Notes under the pieces: generated by a model | Database searches by the model: none | The model's input: the letters and a program-made list of their open reading frames with translations, nothing else | What the model was told of the DNA's origin: nothing | Translations under genes and position numbers: made by a program | In this document: positions 9,646 to 17,356 of the stretch, in pieces | Layout: each line of letters starts with the position of its first letter | Numbering within the stretch: position 1 is the stretch's first letter | DNA from: Deltaproteobacteria bacterium TL4 | GTDB lineage: Bacteria; SAR324; NAC60-12 | Assembly (NCBI GenBank): GCA_051382335.1 | Contig: JBBCAX010000180.1 | Coordinates: forward strand, 1-26,262 | DNA length: 26,262 nt | Direction of reading: 5' to 3'

Positions 9646-10244
9646 TTGGCTTGAGGCATGTTCTTCCATAACCCGAGTTTATTTTGACGGGCAGACTGTT
9701 CCGCGTCAAGGAAATCCTGATGATAAGGAGAGGGGACTTCTCCCAGTAGGTAAAAGGATAATCCATTTTTAACCAACCAGAGATTGATGTTGGTGTCTTG
9801 AACCCAGACCATGCCTATCAACCGGAAAGTCTTGTCTTGTAACTCATAATCGATACGAACCCGTCTGCCATAAAAATTTTTACCCATTTGGTAGGCCACA
9901 TTGTTTTTAAACCAGTCGTTATATTTTTTTCCACGACTGACGGAGTCCTTTGGAGAAACATAGCTCAGATAAACACGTATTTCCTGACGATCAACATCCA
10001 AACTGTTCGTGGATAATTTGTAAGTCCACTTACGATATTCCCGCCTGTTGTCAATGCGGACCCAAACACTTTCAGAGTCAGTAATTCTCATGATCATGCC
10101 CTCCATCGTCTCTACAGGAGCTTTGCCTTGTTCACGATCAGCCAACTGCTGAAAAAGGTTAGACTTCGCATCACTGAGAGGACTACCGAAAGCGAGACAT
10201 GGGCAGAATAAAAAGATCAGCATCATTTTTTTTATCAAGGACAT
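9642..10244 (-). CDS. Exported thermonuclease (SNase)-fold protein with divergent catalytic residues
   Basis: Signal peptide; C-terminus DKTFRLIGMVW...INLWLVKNGLS...AEQSARQNKLGLW matches the SNase pattern D.YGR.LA.V...N..LV..GLA...AE..A+....GLW. Confidence 0.8.
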   Translation of the reverse strand: MSLIKKMMLIFLFCPCLAFGSPLSDAKSNLFQQLADREQGKAPVETMEGMIMRITDSESVWVRIDNRREYRKWTYKLSTNSLDVDRQEIRVYLSYVSPKDSVSRGKKYNDWFKNNVAYQMGKNFYGRRVRIDYELQDKTFRLIGMVWVQDTNINLWLVKNGLSFYLLGEVPSPYHQDFLDAEQSARQNKLGLWKNMPQAK

Positions 10245-10245
10245 A

Positions 10246-11430
10246 TCAACCTTTGAGTTTAAATTGGGTGATCGCTTGGAGTAATTGCTCTACGTCTCTT
10301 TGAGTATTGTGAGCATGTAAGCAGATCCTGAGACGCTCTTTTCCCGAAGGAACCGTTGGACTCAATATTGGACGGACATCATACCCTGACTGCTGTAAAT
10401 ACCAGGCCATGGCCTTCACGTTATTGTTTCCTTGAAGGACTAGCCCTTGAATTGCACTTTCACTCACCAAGAAGGTCATATCAGAAAAAGAAGGGAGTTT
10501 CGATTTAAAAAAATGAATTAATTGATGTAAGCCATTAATCTGAGTTTGAGATTGCTGTAGCAGTTGATAGGCACATCGTATTGAAATCAGGCTGTGCAAA
10601 GGCAGGGCTGTACTGTAAATCAGGGGGCGTGCGTAATTGATTAAATAAGTTCTCAGCGTTTGGCTTCCCAAGACAATGGCACCATGCGTTCCCAGCGCTT
10701 TGCCAAAAGTATGAATTCTCGCGAAAACCGCTTCCTCCAATCCCAAGGCGGCGACTCTGCCTTTTCCCTGTTCGCCAAAAACACCTGTGGCATGTGCCTC
10801 ATCGACAACTAAAGCGGCACCCGTTTCCTTACATAAAGACACCAGGCTTTCCAAGGGTGAGAAGTCTCCGTCCATGGAATAAACGGATTCCACAGCAATA
10901 AATATCTGACCTGTGCCTGAAACCTGAATTTTTTCCCGTAAATGGTCGAGATCGTTATGCCTGAAAGAAAAATGCCGTGCTACGCCTAACCGAAGCCCAT
11001 CACGGATGGAAGCATGCACCAACTTATCATAAAAAACAGTATCGCTCCGTTGAGGGAGCGCGCTGAAAAAACCTACGTTTAAATCATAACCTGAGTTGAA
11101 GATCAGTCCTGAGGCCGCATGATGAAAATGGGCAATTTGCTGTTCCAGTTTTTCAAGGAACAGACTGTTCCCGGAAATCAGCCGAGATCCTGTCGAACCT
11201 GTTTGTGGAGGAAGGACTTGAGCCAGCTCTTGAAGAATGGTCTCATGAAGCGTTTTTGATTGGGCAAACCCCAGATAGTCATTGGAACAAAAATCAATTT
11301 TCCCTTCAGAAAGTTGAAGCGTTCTCAGTGCTCCTTCCGCTTTCCGTTGATCCAAGCGTTTTTGCATCCAGACCTCAGGCGCAGAAAGCGTCGGAGCCCA
11401 GTCAGAATCGCTGCTGTTTTCGGCTTTCAT
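10246..11430 (-). CDS. bioF: 8-amino-7-oxononanoate synthase
   Basis: IDFCSNDYLG, GSTGSRL, LVHASIRDG, ESVYSMDGD, VDEAHATG, HTFGKALG (PLP lysine) and PTVPSGKERLRI; directly after bioB. Start moved to ATG 11430 to avoid a long overlap. Confidence 0.93.
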   Translation of the reverse strand: MKAENSSDSDWAPTLSAPEVWMQKRLDQRKAEGALRTLQLSEGKIDFCSNDYLGFAQSKTLHETILQELAQVLPPQTGSTGSRLISGNSLFLEKLEQQIAHFHHAASGLIFNSGYDLNVGFFSALPQRSDTVFYDKLVHASIRDGLRLGVARHFSFRHNDLDHLREKIQVSGTGQIFIAVESVYSMDGDFSPLESLVSLCKETGAALVVDEAHATGVFGEQGKGRVAALGLEEAVFARIHTFGKALGTHGAIVLGSQTLRTYLINYARPLIYSTALPLHSLISIRCAYQLLQQSQTQINGLHQLIHFFKSKLPSFSDMTFLVSESAIQGLVLQGNNNVKAMAWYLQQSGYDVRPILSPTVPSGKERLRICLHAHNTQRDVEQLLQAITQFKLKG

Positions 11431-11435
11431 AAGCA

Positions 11436-12449
11436 CTAAACCGCGGCCATGCCAGATTCTGCCGCTATCTGGCATGCAAAGGCGGGGTCATTCTTGAAGG
11501 CGGGACGAGTCAACAAGCCCAGCGTTTGAAACATTTGATGATCTTCACTACGCTCAGTGTTGGGAGTAGTTAACAGTTTATCTCCCGCAAAAATGGAATT
11601 CGCGCCTGCCATAAAACATAAGGCTTGTTCGGGTTCAGACATTTCAGAACGACCTGCCGATAAACGAACTCGTGATTTTGGCATCAGAACCCGTGCGGTG
11701 GCAATCATACGAACCACTTCCCAAACAGAGGAGCGAGGTTGTTTTTCCAGAGGGGTTCCCTCAATCGGAACTAACGCATTCACAGGAACAGATTCAGGGT
11801 GTTGCTCCAATAGGGCTAAGGTATGCAACATTTGGATCCGGTCTTCATCCGTTTCTCCGAGTCCAATGATCCCTCCAACACAAGCGGAAATACCAGCTTT
11901 TTGAACATTTTTTATCGTGTCAATCCGGTCTTCATAAGTACGAGTACTCACCACTTCAGGATAGTAGTTAGCCGAAGTATCCAGATTGTGATTGTATGCG
12001 GATAATCCCGCTTCCGCCAGTCTTTGCGCTTGCGCTGCATTGATCATTCCAAGGGTACAACAGACTTCCATATCCAAAGTCCGCACCGCTTTGACCATTT
12101 CTATCACTTTTTCAAAATCTTCATTGTTTTTGACTCTCCTCCATGCCGCGCCCATACAAAACCTGGAAGAACCTCCCGCTTTCGCTTGTTTTGCGACTTC
12201 CATCACTTGATCTAAAGGCAACAGCTTTTCCGACGGTACCCCTGTATTATAACGGGCTGACTGAGCACAATAACCACAATCTTCAGAACACCCTCCTGTT
12301 TTGATAGAAAGTAAACTGCACATCTGAACTTCTTGTGGATCATTGTATTCCCGATGGACCGTGGCCGCCCTATAGATCAACTCCATCAAGGGCATGTTGT
12401 ATAGGTCTCGTACCTCGTTCAAGGACCAGTCATGGCGTGGTTCATTCAT
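11436..12449 (-). CDS. bioB: Biotin synthase (radical SAM)
   Basis: SIKTGGCSEDCGYCAQS (CxxxCxxC), RFCMGAAW, YNHNLDTS, ESVPVNAL, RLSAGR and GANSIFAGDKLLTT. Start at ATG 12449 (MNEPRHDW) with an AAGGA RBS. Confidence 0.98.
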   Translation of the reverse strand: MNEPRHDWSLNEVRDLYNMPLMELIYRAATVHREYNDPQEVQMCSLLSIKTGGCSEDCGYCAQSARYNTGVPSEKLLPLDQVMEVAKQAKAGGSSRFCMGAAWRRVKNNEDFEKVIEMVKAVRTLDMEVCCTLGMINAAQAQRLAEAGLSAYNHNLDTSANYYPEVVSTRTYEDRIDTIKNVQKAGISACVGGIIGLGETDEDRIQMLHTLALLEQHPESVPVNALVPIEGTPLEKQPRSSVWEVVRMIATARVLMPKSRVRLSAGRSEMSEPEQALCFMAGANSIFAGDKLLTTPNTERSEDHQMFQTLGLLTRPAFKNDPAFACQIAAESGMAAV

Positions 12450-12665
12450 AGATTTTCCTTTCCTAGATGATGAAAACTTCCCGCTTTTAATGGGAGGAAG
12501 CAACCATAAAATCAAGGTTCATGTTTCTCATGAAAGGCAACTATCTTCAAGTTTTTTCAATTTTGATCCGTTCATCTCAATTTCTGTTTGACATTTAACA
12601 GCACTCCCGCTAGCAATGAACAGGGTTCTGGAGATAACCTCCACCTAATTTTCAATTCAAGGGTT

Positions 12666-13283
12666 ATGATGACAAAAAAGCATAGCACCATTGACACCGT
12701 CTCAGAAATTTTTGGTCAAGCCACCGTTGATGTTTTATCAAACTCCAGTGGCGCGGAAGTCTATTTTTCGCCAACAATTCAAAAAATTACCAGTGTTTTT
12801 CTTAAACCTGATATTGGCTGTTTCGTTCAATTTACAGGAGATTATTCGGGCTTGATGATTATTAATTTTTCCAGGGAAGCCGCAATGGAATATTATCGTC
12901 AATCCATGCTGTTTATGGGGATGAGCGAAGAAGATCTTGCCATTGATCATACCTCCGATGAGGTGGTTGACAGTATTGGAGAAACAGTGAATCAGATTGT
13001 CGGAAGCGCCAGGCAACTGATTCAAAAAAAGTATGGACTATCGGCTCAGAATAACCAGCCCAAAGCGATTTGCATTATGGATTCCATCATGCTTTCGGTT
13101 AAAAGCAGTGAGGTTCAACGTCAACAAAGCCGACGCTTGTCCTTCAAAATAAATGATCGCCTTCCATTTCACATCGAACTGTTTATGGAACAAACAGAAT
13201 TTATTATCATTGATCCGGAACGACTCAAAAATGATCAAGCCGCCAAGACGGATCTCATAGATATTGATTCGCTTTTTGGCTGA
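12666..13283 (+). CDS. DUF3334 / CheX-CheC-like protein
   Basis: LKPDIGCFVQFTGDYSGLMIINFS...MGM...HTSDEVVDSIGETVNQIVG matches my recollection of DUF3334 and contains the CheC/CheX ExxN motif. Start inferred at ATG 12666. Confidence 0.8.
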   Translation: MMTKKHSTIDTVSEIFGQATVDVLSNSSGAEVYFSPTIQKITSVFLKPDIGCFVQFTGDYSGLMIINFSREAAMEYYRQSMLFMGMSEEDLAIDHTSDEVVDSIGETVNQIVGSARQLIQKKYGLSAQNNQPKAICIMDSIMLSVKSSEVQRQQSRRLSFKINDRLPFHIELFMEQTEFIIIDPERLKNDQAAKTDLIDIDSLFG

Positions 13284-13400
13284 GGCCTCGCAATCCATAA
13301 ATGGTTTAAGTTTTCAGGTTGGAACGGATTCGTAAAGTTTCCAAGACCGTTGAGAACAGATAACTCTTGAGTTACAAACAAGATCACCCAGGGATCGGTT

Positions 13401-15107
13401 ATGGATATAAATGACATACCCCGCATTTTCGAAAGTTTAGCTTTACTCAGCTCTATTGACGGTTATCATCCTTCAGAACGAAAGCTTCTGCTCGATTTTT
13501 TGGGCAAATTCTATGACGGCGATACAACCACCTTCGAAGGTTATTTAGACCAAAACCTTGACGAAATTTCTGCGGTTAAAGAAAAAGAAAAAAAGTTCTA
13601 TGAGAACATTGTCATCTTGTCGGAAACCTTGAGCCAGGAAGAAAAAATTGAATTTGAAAAACTGCTGGAACAGATGATTCTGGCAGATAGGGAATATACA
13701 AAAGAGGAAAAGCAATTGTATCTCTTTGCCAGAGAAAACCTTCAGACGGGCAGGGCCGAACCCGAAGAACTCTCGAATTTGGAACAGACACAGAGCGCAC
13801 CCAGCCCTCGTTTGAGATTAAAACGGGACGACTTTCAAGGGGAACAGGTTTCCCACCACGCAGGGCCTCAAACGATAGACTCAGAACGTCCAGTGGAGGC
13901 AGAATCCCAACCAGGACTTCATCTTCAGCCGACAGCGGAGTCCTTCAAAAAAACGATAGTTGGTGAGAGCGCTGATGAAAGTAAGTCTCATTCCCCCATA
14001 GAAAATAAAAAGCACAACCGAGTCAAAAGCACAAAAAAGAAGTTCCGATTTAGATTGAGATGGGTTTTCCTGGCTCTCACCATTCTCTCTCTGACCGGAT
14101 TCGGAACACAGTTGAGCCCCTGGATCCACCAATTTTTGGCCAACCGGGACGTCATCGCTTATTTAGATGTCAAGAGTGACGTGGTGCTCGTGCAAAGGGC
14201 GGGAAATGTTCATTACGTGGAAGAATTTGCCTTCGCTTTAAAACCAGGTGACCTGATTAAAACGGAACAACGTGGAAAAGTCGCGATTGTTATGGAAAAT
14301 GGAGATAAAATTTTTATGGGGCCTTCAACCTCACTTGAATTGGATCGTACAAAAATCGGCCAGTTTTCGGCCTCAAGGCATTTATCCCTACTGTACGGAA
14401 AAATCCGCGCGAAAATTAAAAAAAGACCTATAGACCAACTCAAAATCATAACCACTACGGCCACAATTGGAGTGAGGGGAACTGAATTTATCGTAAAACA
14501 TGAAAGTGGTCATACAACCATTGGAACCTTGGAAGGATTGGTTTATCTAAACGCCCTAAATACTGACAAAAGCCTGGATATTCCTCCTGGAACCATGGCA
14601 AAGGCAGAATTGGATGGTCACCTGTCAACTCTCGAAAAATTAGAACCCGGAATGCTCAAAAATATCGACTTCACCACGGATCTGGATCCAGCGGATTTTA
14701 AAAAAGACCTCTTGGATATGAAGGATATTGAGGCCCGATTTAAAGAACTTCTCGACAGGCTCAAGGCAAAGGCTGACACAAAATCAAGTGTGAATCCGGC
14801 ACCAACAATGACACGCCCCAAGTCACAGGCAAACAGAGCCGCAACAAACCTATCTGAGGAAAAATGGGTAAAAGAATATTCGGAATACAGTAAACAACAA
14901 AACCAGACTGCAGAAAAATTCATGAATCCGGAGGACACTATTAAGGATTTAAGTAATGAGATGAAAAATAAACTCGCCGGTTCTACGGAAGGAGTCATGA
15001 AGCAATTGGATTCTTTCAAGAATGAAATGCTGGAAAAATTAAAAGAATTAGGAGTTTACGGTTCAGAAAAATCGGAGAAGGAAAAAGAGCGAATCCCTGC
15101 AAAATAG
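13401..15107 (+). CDS. TerB-like N-terminal domain, disordered linker, single TM helix, FecR domain and charged helical tail
   Basis: N-terminal SIDGYHPSE...MILADREYTKEE (TerB-like paired motifs); basic stretch followed by TM WVFLALTILSLTGFG; FecR motifs GDLIKT, ENGDKIFMGPSTSL, TATIGVRGTEF and TLEGLV. Confidence 0.75.
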   Translation: MDINDIPRIFESLALLSSIDGYHPSERKLLLDFLGKFYDGDTTTFEGYLDQNLDEISAVKEKEKKFYENIVILSETLSQEEKIEFEKLLEQMILADREYTKEEKQLYLFARENLQTGRAEPEELSNLEQTQSAPSPRLRLKRDDFQGEQVSHHAGPQTIDSERPVEAESQPGLHLQPTAESFKKTIVGESADESKSHSPIENKKHNRVKSTKKKFRFRLRWVFLALTILSLTGFGTQLSPWIHQFLANRDVIAYLDVKSDVVLVQRAGNVHYVEEFAFALKPGDLIKTEQRGKVAIVMENGDKIFMGPSTSLELDRTKIGQFSASRHLSLLYGKIRAKIKKRPIDQLKIITTTATIGVRGTEFIVKHESGHTTIGTLEGLVYLNALNTDKSLDIPPGTMAKAELDGHLSTLEKLEPGMLKNIDFTTDLDPADFKKDLLDMKDIEARFKELLDRLKAKADTKSSVNPAPTMTRPKSQANRAATNLSEEKWVKEYSEYSKQQNQTAEKFMNPEDTIKDLSNEMKNKLAGSTEGVMKQLDSFKNEMLEKLKELGVYGSEKSEKEKERIPAK

Positions 15108-15244
15108 TGCCTGCTTTTCTGGTTAAAGCAAGCTTAGACAACTCGGAATAAATAATTGTTTTGAAAGATTCCATTGAATTAAATTCAAAGAAAACTGAAA
15201 AACCGAATGAAAAATGAGAAAAAATTGGGTTGAATTCAATTCAA

Positions 15245-15270
15245 GCATTCCCAAGCTGGAGCTTGGGAAC
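15245..15270. repeat. REP-like palindrome GCATTCCCAAGCTGGAGCTTGGGAAC between convergent genes; may act as a terminator or mRNA stabiliser
   Basis: Perfect inverted arms TTCCCAAGCT (15248-15257) and AGCTTGGGAA (15260-15269); resembles the GTTCCCAAGCTCCAGCTTGGGAA repeat class. Confidence 0.65.
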
Positions 15271-15280
15271 CTCTTCAACT

Positions 15281-16447
15281 TCAAATTTTAATCATCGTCG
15301 TGATTGATCGTCTTGGCGAATGTGCTACAGGATCAGCATAGCCTAGACGAAACAACATCTGCACGGTGTGTCCATGGGGCACGTTCAAGAATTGAAGAAA
15401 TTCCTCTTGCAGGGGGGCCATATCGGAATATTCCTGGAGTATTTGGCTCATTGGATGTAAGGCGATTCCCAATTTTGTCGCTAATAAATTGACACGTTCA
15501 TAAGCTCTTCCAATGATAATTTGGTCTAATCGTGTATTCGTTTTGGACGTAATCCAGCCGAAAGCCATTGCCGAATCTGCTTGATTCTTGGTTAAGTCAA
15601 CAGATGCTTTTGCAAAAGAAGACGTTGTGTTCAAAGCTTCTTCTCGAGAACCAATAAAAAAAGTTTCAGCAATGAATTTTTTTAAGCCTGTAATCCCTGC
15701 GTTTGCCACACCAAAGCCATCCCGATACGTTTCAAGTTCTTCATTGTTAAAACGAAACATCGCAACGGTTTCTGCGTGCCGTTTTTCATTTTCGGTTTCA
15801 ATGCTCATGGCCTTACCCAAAAGTATCGCTAATTTTTTACGTTGAGTGATCTCAGTCATAATGTTCAAAGAATAGTTCGTCGTATCATACGCTGTTTTTA
15901 AAAGGTTCAGCTGAGAATTGCTGATTTCTTGTTCGTTATAGACTCTTTTATTAGATTGTCGCAACAAGATAACCTCAAATAACGGATCCTTTTTTATCGA
16001 AGCTTCTTTAATTAACTCTATAAATGCTACGGGTTTGTTTTCAACTTCGGTGTTGGAGTACATTCCTTGTGGAAAATATTTTATTTTTGCATGATAACCA
16101 AAATTTTGTGCGGCGAGACTGAGATTTTCCAAAAAGGTTCCCTGTCCAATATGAATTTGACGATAAGGTGGATCTGTTTCAGGTAAAAGACGGTTTTGAT
16201 CAACATACAGGTACAAACGGTCAGGGGATAGAAATTCGACGATCCACGGCTGTTTATTATGGGGATTAGGTGCTAAAATAGCGTAGGATACTAGAATGAT
16301 GCGTATGTCTTGTTCGATGGGAATGGGACCATTCCACGCATTTAACGCCGTCAATGGTTTATTGCCGCAACTGTTGAGAACACTCGGTATGAGGATCGTT
16401 CCCATTGTTCCTGATACCATTACCTTAATAAAATCTCTTCGCCGCAT
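15281..16447 (-). CDS. Acg-type FMN-binding oxidoreductase (nitroreductase superfamily) with Tat signal, possibly a lipoprotein
   Basis: MRRRDFIK twin-arginine motif; LNSC lipobox-like site; AILAPNPHNKQPW, LPETDP..RQIHIGQGTFLENL, GRAYER, HPMSQILQE, QMLFRLGY and SPRR. Confidence 0.9.
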   Translation of the reverse strand: MRRRDFIKVMVSGTMGTILIPSVLNSCGNKPLTALNAWNGPIPIEQDIRIILVSYAILAPNPHNKQPWIVEFLSPDRLYLYVDQNRLLPETDPPYRQIHIGQGTFLENLSLAAQNFGYHAKIKYFPQGMYSNTEVENKPVAFIELIKEASIKKDPLFEVILLRQSNKRVYNEQEISNSQLNLLKTAYDTTNYSLNIMTEITQRKKLAILLGKAMSIETENEKRHAETVAMFRFNNEELETYRDGFGVANAGITGLKKFIAETFFIGSREEALNTTSSFAKASVDLTKNQADSAMAFGWITSKTNTRLDQIIIGRAYERVNLLATKLGIALHPMSQILQEYSDMAPLQEEFLQFLNVPHGHTVQMLFRLGYADPVAHSPRRSITTMIKI

Positions 16448-16647
16448 AAGGAATTTTCACATATAATTGTTCGCATTTTCACCCCATTAAACCGAGTCTC
16501 AGGGAAACCTGAAAATGTCCAAATCAAGAATCCTTCCAGGGAAACATTTCATCCGAATCCCGAGAGGGCCCGGTAAGACCGAAAGCCTTTATTTCTCGAG
16601 TTTATCCCCTCCTCACTTTTCATTCTCTGCTCAAAAAAATACCAGCG

Positions 16648-16953
16648 CTACTGCTGACATCCACTGACGCAATGATTGTAATTTTCATTCGCATCATCCA
16701 AACATGCCTTTTTGTCTAAATTTATATTTTGAATGCATTCCGTATCGCCTTCGCAACCTGATACCTCATACTGACTTTCACAGGCTTGCATATCTTCAGC
16801 TCTTATTGTTTTGCACTCATTATGGTATTCCAAACACTGGTTGATTTCTTCTGGAGGTATCTCCTGATCCTGAGCCATCAATCCATTGGTACCCCAAATC
16901 CCTATAACCAAACCGAAAACTACAAAAATTTTGATAACCTGACTTCGATTCAT
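16648..16953 (-). CDS. Small secreted acidic protein with 8 cysteines
   Basis: Signal peptide (MNRSQVIKIFVVFGLVIG...LMA); mature region has Cys spacing 6-10-8-5-10-10-3; GAAAGG RBS 7 nt before ATG 16953 (16959 is an alternative). Confidence 0.75.
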   Translation of the reverse strand: MNRSQVIKIFVVFGLVIGIWGTNGLMAQDQEIPPEEINQCLEYHNECKTIRAEDMQACESQYEVSGCEGDTECIQNINLDKKACLDDANENYNHCVSGCQQ

Positions 16954-17039
16954 ATCCATACCTTTCGTGATCATGCTGAAAAATTAGTTGTTTATACAAA
17001 TCCACTCCGCTTGAAGTGGAAAACCCTCGGAGTATGCCC

Positions 17040-17055
17040 AGCAAATCATGTACCA
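17040..17055 (-). promoter_or_regulatory. Sigma54 (-24/-12) promoter candidate
   Basis: Minus strand reads TGGTACATGATTTGCT: exact GG-N10-GC spacing and close to the TGGCAC-N5-TTGCW consensus, about 85 nt upstream of the Cys-rich gene. Confidence 0.65.
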
Positions 17056-17356
17056 TGATGACCATTGTTTGAAATGTAAGGCTTCACCCGATTGTTGGAA
17101 TGAGACCGTTTGTCGGAAACGGAAATGGGGTTTCTTATTAGGAAAAATAAACAGACTCAATAATTCCGTTTTCGCTATGGAATCATGACGCTCTGCTGTA
17201 AATGTTCAGGGGCGGGATTGGTGTTAACCTGAGTTTTGCGAGTTTATTTTTTTGATAACAGCAGCTTCCTGGTGTTTTGTCTCACGCTTGGAAATAACCT
17301 TGATTTAGGCCGATCTTGTAGGGGGGCAATGAGCGAAGCGTCTCCATTTTCAGGAG

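Noticed and set aside
12495..12525. AACC-N10-GGTT upstream of bioB as a BirA operator
   Set aside because: The arms are short and the spacer is shorter than in known BirA sites, so it is not supportable.
4632..12591. Plus-strand ORFs opposite secA, yggT, yggS, bioF and bioB
   Set aside because: Shadow ORFs of well-supported minus-strand genes.
17326..17339. 14-bp match GCAATGAGCGAAGC shared with the end of atpB (20163-20176)
   Set aside because: One short match with one copy in coding sequence and no cassette logic between the copies; compatible with chance.
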